Shown: positions 12,104-22,987 of the stretch, piece by piece
Layout: the number at the start of each line of letters is the position of its first letter
Numbering within the stretch: position 1 is the first letter of the stretch
DNA from: an uncultured Verrucomicrobiae bacterium
GTDB lineage: Bacteria; Verrucomicrobiota; Verrucomicrobiia; Limisphaerales; JAFGQR01
Direction: 5' to 3'
Length of the DNA: 64,000 nucleotides
NCBI GenBank assembly: GCA_963788655.1
Contig: CAWBHS010000026.1
Location: 54,904-118,903, forward strand
The notes under the pieces: generated by a model
Told to the model about the DNA's origin: nothing
Databases searched by the model: none
What the model saw: only the letters and a program-made list of their open reading frames with translations
Program-made: the position numbers and the translations under genes

Positions 12104-12179
12104 GAGCTGAAGTATTTCAGGCTTGGCTGCGGCTGTCGATGGGGATGAGCGGTTACTGCGGAAGGGCATACGGTTGGTC

Positions 12180-12437
12180 ACGCCAGCGTTTGGAGTGCGA
12201 CCGGCTTGCCGGCGCTTTTAATATGGTTGCGGCCTTTGACTTGGCTACTTACTCACAATTACCGTAGCGGCCGACGTAAGGAGGCGAATCCGAGATAACT
12301 GATCGTGTTCTGCTTCCTTACGTCGGCGGCTACCGCAATTCGGCTGTTGAAACCGCGTGTGAAATTTCCAGATTAAAGCTCATGCGCAACGCAACAAAAG
12401 CGGGAGCAAGCTCCCCGCACTCCAAACGCTGGCGCGC
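12180..12437. repeat. Nested REPINs: GGAGTGCG-family inverted pair enclosing a GTAGCGGCCGACG hairpin element
   Basis: Outer arms CGCCAGCGTTTGGAGTGCG (12181) and CGCACTCCAAACGCTGGCG (12417); inner GTAGCGGCCGACGTAAGGAGGC...CCTTACGTCGGCGGCTAC (12264-12333). Confidence 0.75.
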
Positions 12438-12725
12438 TTTTTCGAGGTGCCCATTGCCAGAGACGCGGTTCGTTCAGGAACAAGCGGCCGCTGAGATTTC
12501 GGGACAGGCGAGACGCCCTGTCCTACGCGTCTTCGCATCCGCACGCCAGTTTATGCGCGGCGAGTCTGTTCCAATCCGCGGCCGGCAAGCTGGCGTAGCG
12601 TGCTGCCGGCGTCTCGCCGGCAGAAACGATTGGAGAGGGGCGTTCTGCAATTCAACATCCGCCAATCTTTGAGAGGCTTGTGCCAATCCGCGGCCGGCAA
12701 GATGCCGGCAGCCCGTTGGGGTGGA

Positions 12726-13427
12726 CTATTTGTTGAAGCGGAAATTCACCACGTCGTAATCCTGCATCACGTAAGTCTTCAGTTCCAACCGCTGTTTGTT
12801 GGCGCGTTTGGCCTGCGTTTCACCGCCGGCTTCAATGAAGTCGGCGTAACTGATGATTTCGGCGCGAATGAATCCCTTTTGAATATCCGTGTGAATTGTG
12901 CCCGCTGCCTCCCACGCAGTCGTTCCCTGGCGAATGGACCAAGCGCGGTTTTCTTTGCCGCCGACCGTCAGAAAACAAATATGATCGCTTTCTTGAAAGG
13001 CCCGCACCAGCAACGTTTCCGGCGCGGCGACTTCCTCGGCCGTGGCGACCACGATGGGTTTGTTGGAGCTGAACGAATGAATGGCCAACGGTTCCATCTC
13101 CTGCGGACTTAGCCGGGCCGCGTACACGGTTTGGTCGGCTTCGAGTTGCGCCTTCAGTTTGAGCAACGCGGTTTGTTCGTCTTCCGTCGGATTACGTCCC
13201 AAGCGAGTTTCAATGAAGTCCAGATCCTTGAAGATCAACTCGAGGAAGCCATCCTGGTTGGTCAGCACACTATCGGCATCCACCAGTTCATCGTCGCCCA
13301 CCACGTCCACCTGGGCATAAATTTTCTTCTTCGCCTCGACGAGTTTGTCAGCCGCGTCAAGGCGGGGATCTTTGATATTATGTTTGCCACTCGGAATGGC
13401 GGACAGGCCGAACGCACAGATTTTCAC
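12726..13427 (-). CDS. Short YchF-like protein (C-terminal DUF933/TGS domain), lacking a canonical P-loop
   Basis: C-terminal FLTVGGKENRAW..TAWEAAGTIHTDIQKGFIRAE..YVMQDYDVVNFRFN resembles the YchF C-terminus; only 233 aa. Confidence 0.8.
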   Translation of the reverse strand: MKICAFGLSAIPSGKHNIKDPRLDAADKLVEAKKKIYAQVDVVGDDELVDADSVLTNQDGFLELIFKDLDFIETRLGRNPTEDEQTALLKLKAQLEADQTVYAARLSPQEMEPLAIHSFSSNKPIVVATAEEVAAPETLLVRAFQESDHICFLTVGGKENRAWSIRQGTTAWEAAGTIHTDIQKGFIRAEIISYADFIEAGGETQAKRANKQRLELKTYVMQDYDVVNFRFNK

Positions 13428-13486
13428 GCGGCTTCATTAAGTGGCCCGCGCTCCGTGGTCAAGGAAGGAACGGGAAAAAACGCGCT

Positions 13487-13834
13487 TCAACCGAAGGTAC
13501 TGCCTCGCCAGCCCCAATTGGAAGCCGGCACATCGGTAAAATTCACATAGACGCGTTCCGGCGGAATGGCCAAAGAAGTCTCCAAAAGCCCGCAGACTTT
13601 CTGGCAAATCTTCTGGTTCACTTCCCCGTTGAGGCCGCCGATGCTGCGCACTTCCACAAACGCCGCCGGGGCTGTTTGCCCGGACATCCGGATGGCGGCG
13701 GGCTCCAGCACGGCCATTACATATTGCTCCGGCTTGCCGATGCTCTCGACCAGCAACTGGGAAAGCTGGGGCAACAGTTCGGCTTGTCGGTCGTCCGCGA
13801 CCGGCACCGAGGTATGGACTTTGATTAGTGGCAT
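13487..13834 (-). CDS. MIF / phenylpyruvate tautomerase family protein
   Basis: N-terminal MP, GKPEQYVM, SIGG, ERVYVNFTD, NWGWRGSTF. Confidence 0.9.
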   Translation of the reverse strand: MPLIKVHTSVPVADDRQAELLPQLSQLLVESIGKPEQYVMAVLEPAAIRMSGQTAPAAFVEVRSIGGLNGEVNQKICQKVCGLLETSLAIPPERVYVNFTDVPASNWGWRGSTFG

Positions 13835-13971
13835 AGCACCCGGAGTTTAATCCCCACGGCCAAAAGCACAAATGAATCCCACAGTGTCACAAGGAAGCCG
13901 GTGAAGTGTTAGCGGGTTGGAGGGTTGAAGGTGAATTTTTCAGACGCCAAAACCGTCAACAGCAGAACACT

Positions 13972-14994
13972 ATGAAAATCACATCGCTCAAATCGATTCG
14001 CACGTTTTTATCCGTGGCGGCCTTGACCGCCGTGTTAGCGCCCGCCTGGGCGGCTGATAACCCGTTTGTCGGCCGCTGGGCTTTGACCATTCCCGGTGGC
14101 GGGGCCGGCTGGCTCGGGGTGACCCACGAAAACGGTTATTACGACGCTTCCCTGCTATGGGGCGGCGGCAGCGTAATGCCTATGGACAGCGTGTTCTTTA
14201 ACAACGACCAGGACACGATGTTTGTCGTCCGCATTAACGAGGTTAAACGCAAGGATAAACAGGGCAAGGTCGTACGCACGCAACGGTTTCCCGAGGTCCT
14301 CATGGCCAAGGTATCGGGCGACACCCTGGAATTAACTCAACTGCGTCCTGGCGACAATGGGATTTCGCGGAACGAGTTCACCGGCAATCGGATTCCGCCC
14401 GTGCCACCGGCTCCCGACTTGTCCGCAGTCAAGTTTGGCAAACCTATCGTGCTCTTTGACGGCAAGAATTTGGACGGTTGGCGCTTGACCAATCCGAATG
14501 GCGCCAGCGGCTGGAGCGTGCAGGATGGGGTGTTGATAAACCGCCCGGTTCAGCAGGAGGGCAAGCCGCACAAGAATTACAGCAACCTGCGAACTGATCA
14601 GGAATTCAATGACTTCAATCTTAAACTGGAAACCCGGGTACCCAAAGGCGGCAACAGCGGCATCTATCTGCGGGGCATTTACGAAGTGCAGGTCGCCGAT
14701 ACTTACGGAAACGCGCCGGATTCGCACGGCATGGGCGGCGTCTATAGTCGCATCACGCCCAAAGTCAATGCGGCCAAGCCCGCCGGAGAATGGCAGACGT
14801 ACGACATCACCCTGGTGGATCGCCATGTGACCGTGGTGCTGAACGGGCAGAAAGTCATCGACAACCAAACGTTGCTCGGCTGCACCGGCGGTGCCCTCTG
14901 GTCCGATGAATTTCGTCCAGGCCCGCTGTATCTCCAGGGCGATCACACTGGTGTGGACTACCGCAACATCGTGATGCGCCCGGTGATCAAGTAG
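13972..14994 (+). CDS. DUF1080 (3-keto-disaccharide hydrolase) domain secreted protein
   Basis: Signal peptide; LFDGKNLDGW, GNSGIYLRG.YEVQV, GEWQTYDI, LQGDH...YRNI. Confidence 0.9.
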   Translation: MKITSLKSIRTFLSVAALTAVLAPAWAADNPFVGRWALTIPGGGAGWLGVTHENGYYDASLLWGGGSVMPMDSVFFNNDQDTMFVVRINEVKRKDKQGKVVRTQRFPEVLMAKVSGDTLELTQLRPGDNGISRNEFTGNRIPPVPPAPDLSAVKFGKPIVLFDGKNLDGWRLTNPNGASGWSVQDGVLINRPVQQEGKPHKNYSNLRTDQEFNDFNLKLETRVPKGGNSGIYLRGIYEVQVADTYGNAPDSHGMGGVYSRITPKVNAAKPAGEWQTYDITLVDRHVTVVLNGQKVIDNQTLLGCTGGALWSDEFRPGPLYLQGDHTGVDYRNIVMRPVIK

Positions 14995-15015
14995 ATCAAC
15001 CGCAGCCCTTGACCC

Positions 15016-15085
15016 GTAGCAGCCGACGTGAGTCGGCTCTGATTCCAACTTTCGGAAAGAGAGCGGACTCACGTCCGCTGCTACG
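15016..15085. repeat. GTAG-family REPIN hairpin between convergent genes
   Basis: CGTAGCAGCCGACGTGAGTC...GACTCACGTCCGCTGCTACG inverted arms. Confidence 0.75.
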
Positions 15086-15145
15086 AGGTTAATGGGGTTG
15101 GGTGAGAGCCTCAGACGTCGCCGGCGTGCGTTTGTGAAATCCCAA

Positions 15146-16555
15146 TCAAACCTGCTTGGTCAAGCGCACTCCCAGGCGCAGCAACTTCTGCGCATCTTCC
15201 GGCGAACGGGCTTCGGCATAAATCCGCAAAATGGGTTCGGTGCCGGAGCCCCGAAGCATCAGCCATGAAGTGTCCTCAGCGATGTATTTAACGCCGTCAC
15301 AGGTGACCATGTTGCCCACGGGCGAACGGAGCAAGCGCGTTGGCGGATTGGTCCGGCAGTATTCCATCAAGGCCGCGCGTTTCTCCAAGGGAAATGACGC
15401 ATCGATCCGTGCGTAATGGTGGGGCCCGTAACGTCGGGCAAGCTGGGCCAGCAATTGTTTGATGGACCGCTGCTCCGTTGCCAGCAACTCGAGCACCAGC
15501 AATCCCGCGAGAATCCCATCGCGTTCAGGGATGTGGCCGCAGAAACCGATCCCGCCGCTTTCCTCCGCTCCCAGCAGCACGTCGCCTTTCAACATCTCGG
15601 CGGTGATGCTTTTGAAGCCCACGCTCGTCTCGGTGAGCGGCAACCCGTATTCCGCGCACATTTTGTCCATCATCGAAGTCGTGGTGAGCGCCTTGACCAC
15701 GCGCCCCCGCTGACCACGGTTCTTCAGAAAATGATGTAACAACAGGCAGATTACCTGGTGCGTGGAAAGCGGATTGCCGTGCCCATCCATGCCGCCGATG
15801 CGATCGGCATCCCCGTCAGTCACCAAACAAAAGTCGTGCGGATGTTTGCGCAGGTAGGCGGAACTCTTCGCGTAATTCGCCGGAATGGGTTCGGGATTGA
15901 TCCCGCCAAAGTTGGGATCGTGCGCGTTGTTCAAGGCCGTCACCTGACAGCTCGTGCCGGCCAGCAGCGTCTCGAAACAACCCGCCCCTACGCCGAAAAG
16001 CGCATCATGCGCAAAGCGTAACCGGGCGCGCGCGATTCGCTTGAAATCCACTTGCTTCTTAAGCGCGTGGAAATACTCCGGACACACCTCGTGCAGTTCA
16101 ATTCCGCGCGTCGTCCCCGCAGGCAACCGGCGCACTGGATTCTGGTCGATCATTTGTTCCACCTGCTGACACAACGAGGCGTCCGCTGCCCCACCAAAAT
16201 GGCCTTTGAGCTTGTAGCCATTGAACACCGCAGGATTGTGGCTGGCGGTAATCATCACGCCGCCCACCGCCCGGCGCTGTTTAACCGCAAACGAAACCGC
16301 GGGCGTGGGCGTGGGCTGCGGCGTGAGGATGACCTGAAATCCATTGGCCGCCAAAACCTCCGACGTGCATCGGGCAAATTCGCTCGATAGAAAGCGACGG
16401 TCGTAGCCCACGACCATCAACCGATTGGTGCCGGGTACCGGCCGGATCCGCCAGTAGTCCGCGGTGGCCTGGGCCACTCGTTTCACATTGGCAAAGGTAA
16501 ACTCCTCCGCAATGACTGCCCGCCAACCGTCGGTTCCGAATTTTATGTCCGCCAT
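15146..16555 (-). CDS. Phosphoglucomutase/phosphomannomutase family
   Basis: IKFGTDGWR, TASHNP, DGDADR, GAEESGG, LRGSGTEPILRIYAE. Confidence 0.95.
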   Translation of the reverse strand: MADIKFGTDGWRAVIAEEFTFANVKRVAQATADYWRIRPVPGTNRLMVVGYDRRFLSSEFARCTSEVLAANGFQVILTPQPTPTPAVSFAVKQRRAVGGVMITASHNPAVFNGYKLKGHFGGAADASLCQQVEQMIDQNPVRRLPAGTTRGIELHEVCPEYFHALKKQVDFKRIARARLRFAHDALFGVGAGCFETLLAGTSCQVTALNNAHDPNFGGINPEPIPANYAKSSAYLRKHPHDFCLVTDGDADRIGGMDGHGNPLSTHQVICLLLHHFLKNRGQRGRVVKALTTTSMMDKMCAEYGLPLTETSVGFKSITAEMLKGDVLLGAEESGGIGFCGHIPERDGILAGLLVLELLATEQRSIKQLLAQLARRYGPHHYARIDASFPLEKRAALMEYCRTNPPTRLLRSPVGNMVTCDGVKYIAEDTSWLMLRGSGTEPILRIYAEARSPEDAQKLLRLGVRLTKQV

Positions 16556-16675
16556 GGTCCTACAATCCCAAGCTGCTTTTTCAGGCGACGCAAGTTTCTG
16601 CCGCTTCAACCCTTCAACTCTTAAATCCTTCAACGCCTCCGGTCACGGCTTTCAGCAACTGGTGAGGCGTCCTTC

Positions 16676-17362
16676 TCAAGCCAGCACGGCTTCAGCTCGC
16701 CGCGGCGCGTTGGCAGTCGCCAGGTCCCGCATCCTTTTCACCGCCCGTTTCATTTGGCGGTGGTGAAAGAGACACGTGCCGCTCACGAACGTATCCGCCC
16801 CCGCCCGGGCGCAATCCACGACAGTATTGAAATCGACGCCGCCGTCCACTTCGATCCGGTAGTTTAGATTCTTTTCCCGCCGCCAAGCCGCCGCTTGCTG
16901 GATTTTGGGTACCATTTCGTAAATGAACGATTGGCCGCCGAAGCCTGGATTCACGGTCATGATGTTCAGCAAATCGATCTTGGTAAGAAACGGCAGAATA
17001 TGGCTGATGCCGGTGGGCGGATTGATGGCCAATCCCACCTTGAATCCCAGGGACCGGATCTTCCATAGCAACGAATCCACCCGGTCACCCAATTCGACGT
17101 GAATGGTCACATTGGTCGCTCCTGCTTCTTTGAATGGTTCGAGCAAAATCTCCGGACGCTCACACATCAAATGCACATCAAAAGTCATGCGCGCGTAGGG
17201 CCGGACTTGTTTAACCACCGCGGGGCCGAACGAGATGTTCGGCACGAAATGACCGTCCATGATGTCCAAGTGCAACCAATCGGCTTTGGCGTTCTTGGCC
17301 CGCAACACCTCTTGGCCAAAGCGGTCAAATTTTGAAGCCAACAGCGAGGGCGCGATAATCAT
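16676..17362 (-). CDS. rpe: Ribulose-phosphate 3-epimerase
   Basis: IAPSLLA, HLDIMDGHFVPN, DVHLM, MTVNPGFGGQ, EVDGG. Confidence 0.96.
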   Translation of the reverse strand: MIIAPSLLASKFDRFGQEVLRAKNAKADWLHLDIMDGHFVPNISFGPAVVKQVRPYARMTFDVHLMCERPEILLEPFKEAGATNVTIHVELGDRVDSLLWKIRSLGFKVGLAINPPTGISHILPFLTKIDLLNIMTVNPGFGGQSFIYEMVPKIQQAAAWRREKNLNYRIEVDGGVDFNTVVDCARAGADTFVSGTCLFHHRQMKRAVKRMRDLATANAPRRAEAVLA

Positions 17363-17467
17363 GGGCGGAAGGGTACGGAAAAGCGGATGACCGGTCAACT
17401 GTGGCGACGCCATGGCCCAATCGTTACCGAACAGGATCGCCGAAACCGGCAGCGACAATCTTGGATC

Positions 17468-17590
17468 GGTAGGACAGCGCGTCCCGCCGGTCCCGAATTT
17501 CCCGGGAGCGCTCGACTCTTCGGGGATCCACCAATGACTCAGTGAGCGGTCTTCGGACATTCGCGACCGCCGGAACATCCGTCCCACCTC
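17468..17590. repeat. GTAGGA-type REPIN-like element
   Basis: GGTAGGACAGCGCGTCCCGCCGGTCCCGAA ... TTCGCGACCGCCGGAACATCCGTCCCACC imperfect inverted arms. Confidence 0.55.
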
Positions 17591-17623
17591 GGCGGCACGA
17601 AATATCTTCATCCAAATCCGAAT

Positions 17624-18889
17624 TCAACCGACCTCCGGCACCGATTGCGCGGTTCTTTTGCCCAAAACGTACGCGACCACCTTCCGGATGCTCAGGCCCT
17701 GGCACACGATGGAAAAGACCACCAGGACATAAGTGATGGCCAACACCATTTCCCGTTCACGGCTCGGCGGCAGCGACAACGCCAACGCGACCGAAATGCC
17801 GCCACGCAATCCGCCCCAAGTCATAATGGTCACTGCGCCCGGCGTGAAACTGCGCCAGCGCCGCATGATGCCGATGGGCAATCCCACGCTGATCCATCGC
17901 GCCAGCAAAATGGCCGGGATCGCCAGCAAGCTGGCCAGCAGCAGGTGGCGGGAAAACGTCAGGACGAGCACCTCCATGCCAATCAGCACAAACAGGATGG
18001 CGTTAAGAATTTCATCAATCAATTCCCAGAAGGTGTCCAAATGTTCACGGGTTTCTTGCGACATGGCAAACCGGCGTCCGTGATTGCCGATGAACAATCC
18101 GGCAATCACGATGGCGATGGGTCCGGAAACATGAAGCGCGCTGGCCAGGGCATAGCCGCCCATCACCAGCGCCAGCGTGAGCAGGATTTCCACCTGATAA
18201 TTGTCCACGCTCTTTAACATGCGGTACCCGATCCACCCCAAGACCAACCCAAACACCGCGCCGCCCACCGCTTCTTCGAGAAAGACCAGTCCAATGTGGC
18301 CCGCGGAAACGTGTTCGCCGCCAATCGCAATGCCGTGCAATACGAGAAACGCGACCACGCCGATGCCATCGTTGAACAGCGATTCCCCGGCGATTTTAGT
18401 TTCCAGAGTTTTGGGCACCCGGGCGGTTTTCAAAATGCCCAACACCGCCACCGGGTCGGTGGGGGATATCAACGCGCCGAACAACAGGCAATACGCGTAC
18501 GCCATCGGCACCCCCACTGCGGCGAGGATGAAATAAATCGCGGTGCCGAACAGGAACATGGCCAACAGCACGCCGCCCACGGCCAACACCGGGATCACCA
18601 CCTTTTGTTCGGCCAGATCATCCAGGTTGATCTGCAAGGCGCCGGCGAAGAGCAGGAAGCTCAGCATCCCTTGCATCAAGGCATCGTCAAAATGAATCTG
18701 CCGGAGCAACAATTCCGCCTGCCGGGCAATGGCGGGCTGAATCAGACCCAGGCCGATCAACGCCAGCGAAAGCACCAGCGCGATCAGCATCACCCCAATC
18801 GTGGTCGGCAGTTTGACGTAACGATGGTTGAGGTAGCTGAACAACGCGGTCAGCGTCATTAGCACCGCGATGATTTCGATGATCGTCAT
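17624..18889 (-). CDS. nhaP: CPA1 Na+/H+ antiporter (NhaP-type)
   Basis: ISPTDPVAV, GESLFNDG, WGGLRGGISVALAL; many TM helices. Confidence 0.92.
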   Translation of the reverse strand: MTIIEIIAVLMTLTALFSYLNHRYVKLPTTIGVMLIALVLSLALIGLGLIQPAIARQAELLLRQIHFDDALMQGMLSFLLFAGALQINLDDLAEQKVVIPVLAVGGVLLAMFLFGTAIYFILAAVGVPMAYAYCLLFGALISPTDPVAVLGILKTARVPKTLETKIAGESLFNDGIGVVAFLVLHGIAIGGEHVSAGHIGLVFLEEAVGGAVFGLVLGWIGYRMLKSVDNYQVEILLTLALVMGGYALASALHVSGPIAIVIAGLFIGNHGRRFAMSQETREHLDTFWELIDEILNAILFVLIGMEVLVLTFSRHLLLASLLAIPAILLARWISVGLPIGIMRRWRSFTPGAVTIMTWGGLRGGISVALALSLPPSREREMVLAITYVLVVFSIVCQGLSIRKVVAYVLGKRTAQSVPEVG

Positions 18890-18910
18890 AGTTTGGTTTC
18901 AGGCACGGTT

Positions 18911-19150
18911 TCAATCCTTAAACATCCGCTTGATTTCGGCCAGGAACAGCCATAACACGATGACCAGTTCCGGCGCGATCAGCCATCCCCACGCCTGATA
19001 GAAGACTGGTACCGCAATGGCAGACGCCAGCCACAAAACGAGCGCCGCGGTACAGGCGATCCGTGCCGGCGCGCTTTCCAGGAAGCAAATCCCTCCCAGC
19101 AGCAGCATGGGCACGATCAGGAATCCAGCTATGGCTCCGCCGGGCAACAT
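18911..19150 (-). CDS. Small hydrophobic membrane protein
   Basis: 79-aa hydrophobic ORF directly upstream of nhaP. Confidence 0.55.
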   Translation of the reverse strand: MLPGGAIAGFLIVPMLLLGGICFLESAPARIACTAALVLWLASAIAVPVFYQAWGWLIAPELVIVLWLFLAEIKRMFKD

Positions 19151-19349
19151 AAATGGGTCATCCGCCGCATGTCATGGGACAGGCTAAAGCCCCTTCCGGT
19201 CGCGGACAATCCGGAACTGTGGATGATGCTGGCCAGGCAACCTTGAATCGAGGCTTTCCAGTTTGGTTTGAACCAGGCAACCTCAGTCCTCAGATGACGC
19301 CCGGCGCGAGCCCGGCGATTGAACTGATGAACCACTGACGATCCAAACC

Positions 19350-20141
19350 ATGAACCGACGAAAATTCCTGACCCTTTCGAGTGTCGCTGGAGCAACGGGG
19401 TTGACTCCGTTGACACGAGCGGCGGCTGCCAGCTCCCCGATGAAACAAACCCCACGCGACTATTACGAACTGCGCCGCTATCACCTCGACACCGAGGAAC
19501 AGCGAAACGGTTTGGACACATTCTTACGCCAGGCGGCCATTCCGGCGATGAACCGTTTCGGCGTGGAACCGGTCGGTGTGTTCTATCCCGAGAAGGATTT
19601 GAGCCCGGTCTATGTGCTGTTGCGCCTTCGCTCGCTGGCGGAGGTGGCCACGTTGACGCAACGGTTACTGGCGGACCCAGAATTCGAAAAACAGGGTGCG
19701 GCGTTTCTGAATGCCCCGGCCGAAAAGCCTGCCTACCAACGGATGGAGAGTTCGCTGCTGATTGCCTTCACCGGCATGTCGCAACTGGACCGTCCCGTGC
19801 GCTCGGCTGGTCGCGTGTTGCAACTGCGCACTTACGAAAGCCCCAGCGTCAAGACCGGGCAAAAGAAGATAGAAATGTTCAACAGCGCCGAAATCGCCAT
19901 CTTCCGCAAGGTGGGATTGCACCCGGTGTTTTATGGGGAAACGCTGGTGGGATCCAAAATGCCCAATTTGACTTACATGCTAGCCTTCGAGAGCATGGAA
20001 GAGCAGAAGGCCAACTGGAGGAAGTTCGGCGCTGATCCGGATTGGCAGAAACTGCGCGCCATTCCCGAATACGCCGACAAGCGGATTCTCTGCGGAATAA
20101 CGAACCTGATTCTGAAGCCGGCGCCGTACTCGCAAATTTGA
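19350..20141 (+). CDS. Tat-exported NIPSNAP family protein
   Basis: MNRRKFL Tat signal; YYELRRY and LQLRTY repeats; PNLTYML..W..F..DPDW. Confidence 0.9.
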   Translation: MNRRKFLTLSSVAGATGLTPLTRAAAASSPMKQTPRDYYELRRYHLDTEEQRNGLDTFLRQAAIPAMNRFGVEPVGVFYPEKDLSPVYVLLRLRSLAEVATLTQRLLADPEFEKQGAAFLNAPAEKPAYQRMESSLLIAFTGMSQLDRPVRSAGRVLQLRTYESPSVKTGQKKIEMFNSAEIAIFRKVGLHPVFYGETLVGSKMPNLTYMLAFESMEEQKANWRKFGADPDWQKLRAIPEYADKRILCGITNLILKPAPYSQI

Positions 20142-20209
20142 GTTTTCGCGGCGATCCAGGCACGTTGTCATTGCCAAAAGGGCGGGGAATGGGTTAGCGT
20201 TGCCGTGCT

Positions 20210-20284
20210 GGGCGATTAGCGCAGCGGTAGCGCAGCTCCCTTACACGGAGTTGGTCGGCGGTTCGAATCCGTCATCGCCCACCA
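20210..20284 (+). tRNA. tRNA-Val(TAC)
   Basis: GGGCGAT/ATCGCCC acceptor stem, loop CT-TAC-AC, GGTTCGAATCC T-arm, encoded CCA. Confidence 0.96.
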
Positions 20285-20369
20285 GCATTTTCCCAAGCCG
20301 CCCAATACCCCCGCTTTGCATGCAAGGCGACTGCGAATGTCTGCTTGGACTTCCTTCGCAAGTCCATTT

Positions 20370-20403
20370 AAACAAAACCGCTCCTTCCGGCAGGAAGAAG
20401 CGG
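20370..20403 (-). terminator. Probable intrinsic terminator of the rpoD-type gene
   Basis: Minus-strand hairpin CCGCTTCTTCC-TGCC-GGAAGGAGCGG followed by TTTTGTTT. Confidence 0.65.
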
Positions 20404-20446
20404 CACACTTTGCGTTGAAGAGGAATTGCCCCGGCGTGGCCAGCCG

Positions 20447-22324
20447 TCAGCCCGCTTCCTGAGTTTCCAGGAAGCCTTGGAGTTCGCGGGCGCGGGTGGG
20501 ATGGCGCAGTTTTCGCAGGGCTTTGGCTTCGATCTGGCGGATGCGTTCGCGCGTGACTTTGTATTGTTTGCCGACCTCTTCGAGCGTGTACTCGTAACCG
20601 TCCTTCAGGCCGAAGCGCAGTTCCAAGACGCGCCGCTCCCGTTCGGTCAGGGTGGACAGCACGCCGGCCAGTCGACTTCGCAGCATGAGGTAGCCGGTCT
20701 TTTCGGCTGGGTCTTCCGCGGTTTTGTCTTCGATGAAATCGCCCACGTTGGCATCGCCGTCATCACCAACCGGCGCATGCAGCGAGATGGCTTGCTGCGA
20801 CATCTTCAGCAGCGAGCGCACCCGTTCCACCGGCAACTGCATTTCGTCGGCGATTTCCTCGGGAGTCGCTTCCCGGCCGAATTCCTGCACGATTTGCTGC
20901 TGCATCCGGATGGCTTTGTGGATGATCTCGATCATGTGTACCGGAATGCGGACCGTACGGGCTTGATCGGCCAACGCCCGCGTTACCGCCTGACGAATCC
21001 ACCATACCGCGTAGGTTGAGAACTTGTAGCCGCGGCGGTATTCAAACTTTTCCACTGCGCGCATCAATCCGAGGTTGCCCTCCTGGATCAGGTCCAGCAG
21101 CGAGAGGCCGCGGTTGGAATACTTGCGGGCCACGGACACAACGAGCCGCAAATTGGCTTCCACCATTTCGGTTTTGGCAATCCGCGCGCGGGCGGCGGCT
21201 TTGTTCATTTCCGTGCAAGCCTTCAGGTATTCGGGACAAGGCATCCGCACAAAATCCTCGAGGGCTTTGATCTTCTGACGCTCGCCCTCCATCAGCGCCT
21301 GGCGGCGAGACGGCGGACGCAAATGTTCCAATTCATTAAGAACTCGCTGGCCGGCCAGCATTTGCTCGCGGACATTTCCGGCCACCACCGTCATTTCTTC
21401 AATGATCTTGGGTTGGTAGCAGAATTGCGGAAACAATTGCTGCAGTTTCCGGTTGAGCTTGTTGAACTCGGTCAACGTTCTTTCGCGGGCCTTCTTGCTC
21501 GAAGCCTTCTTCCATTCCGCATATTTGGCATCGGCTCGTTGGTCGAAGGAACGGACGCGTTTGACCAGCGCGCGCAGGAATTGCAGGTGCTGAGGGCGCG
21601 AGGCGGTTTTGGTGTCCACAATCACCCGGTCGAAGCGCTCTTTGGGCGGTTCGGAATAAAGCTTTTCGGCCAGGGCAATATGTTCTTTGGCGGTGAACCC
21701 GAAGCTGTACAGGAGCTGTTGCACTTGCTGTTCGGCTTCTTCGATGCGTTTGCAGATCGCTACTTCCCCTTCGCGGTTGAGCAGCGGCACCCGTCCCATT
21801 TGTTTGAGATAAAGCCGGATGGGATCATCCAGCGTGTCCATGCGCGAGCCTTCTTCAGGTTCGTCAGCTTCTTTGGAGCCGGAGGATTGGGCTGATTTGG
21901 CGGGAGCCCGTTCGACCACCTCGATGCCCGCGTCGCCAATAGCGCGATAAATATCGGCATACTCGTCAGGAGTCAGATCATCCAACACGCAGGCCTCGCG
22001 GACGTCTTCGAACGTGAGATAGCCTTGCTCATGGGACAATTCCAAGAGCTCGCTTACGCGCTCCGTAACATCCACACCCGATTGGGTCTTGACCGGTTTG
22101 GTCGGTAACTGAGGGCCAGCCTTGGGCGCGGTTGCCAACGATAGCGCGGGCAGAACCACCGCCGGGCGGGTGCGTGATTTGCGAGGCCGGGAGGCGCCGT
22201 TGGAACGCGAAGCCACACTGCTTTCGGGAAGTTTGGACTTCTTGCCCGAAGCGGTTCGCCTGGTTAGTTTCAAGTTCTTTCTGGCGGTGCCAGAGTGATT
22301 GGCACGATGGTGTGCTTTTTTCAT
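20447..22324 (-). CDS. rpoD: Primary-type RNA polymerase sigma-70 factor
   Basis: [71 protein letters not shown]; basic N-terminal extension. May be a paralog because dnaG is not adjacent. Confidence 0.88.
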   Translation of the reverse strand: MKKAHHRANHSGTARKNLKLTRRTASGKKSKLPESSVASRSNGASRPRKSRTRPAVVLPALSLATAPKAGPQLPTKPVKTQSGVDVTERVSELLELSHEQGYLTFEDVREACVLDDLTPDEYADIYRAIGDAGIEVVERAPAKSAQSSGSKEADEPEEGSRMDTLDDPIRLYLKQMGRVPLLNREGEVAICKRIEEAEQQVQQLLYSFGFTAKEHIALAEKLYSEPPKERFDRVIVDTKTASRPQHLQFLRALVKRVRSFDQRADAKYAEWKKASSKKARERTLTEFNKLNRKLQQLFPQFCYQPKIIEEMTVVAGNVREQMLAGQRVLNELEHLRPPSRRQALMEGERQKIKALEDFVRMPCPEYLKACTEMNKAAARARIAKTEMVEANLRLVVSVARKYSNRGLSLLDLIQEGNLGLMRAVEKFEYRRGYKFSTYAVWWIRQAVTRALADQARTVRIPVHMIEIIHKAIRMQQQIVQEFGREATPEEIADEMQLPVERVRSLLKMSQQAISLHAPVGDDGDANVGDFIEDKTAEDPAEKTGYLMLRSRLAGVLSTLTERERRVLELRFGLKDGYEYTLEEVGKQYKVTRERIRQIEAKALRKLRHPTRARELQGFLETQEAG

Positions 22325-22987
22325 TCGCTATTCAAACGACAATTACTGCAATGCGGCCGTAATGGGAGGTGCTGTCGTTCACCTTTCGGCCCAAAAATAG
22401 ACGAGGAAAACCAAGTTGTTGAGGAAACTGACTTCTGATTACATTAAGGTGTATAGACCACTGCACCGAGGCGATTATTCAAAATCGAAAATGTCGCCAT
22501 ACGTTCATCGCGGAGTAAAACCCGCCGGATAACCTGAGTTTTGGTCGCGCTCATTATTAGGTGCCGTCTCGCACAAGCCGCGAAGGCTCCAGCAATAGAG
22601 CAAAGAAAGCAAGAAACAAAAGAATAAAATTGTAAGGATCGTGAAATCCGCGATTGCTGCAATAGCAGGGTTGCCGCACCAATCATCCTATTTTTGAGGG
22701 TTTAATTGGCAAAAACTTGCTAATATTAGCGATAAAGCTGTCACCGGACTGCCGCGGCAATCCAATCACAAACTGAGTTCTCTCGATTGCCCATCCGGAC
22801 TTCTGTTGGGAATTACAATATTTAGCGTTGTTGAAACCGCCGCAATCGGGTACGCATCGAAGCGAAACACGGCGCGGATAGGGTATTAAGAATCGGTTCT
22901 TGATGCTCGGGAATGTTTGGAATCGTCAAATGTCATTCTTGAGGCCAGTCAACGGGATTTTTGATTCCGCTCAACAGACCACCAGTT

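Noticed and set aside
13487..13834. MIF homolog as a eukaryote-derived gene
   Set aside because: Bacterial MIF-family tautomerases are known, and composition does not suggest recent transfer.
22706..22722. Sigma-54 promoter-like TTGGCAAAAACTTGCTA
   Set aside because: GG-to-GC spacing is 9 nt rather than 10; it would fit only if the A-run were miscalled.
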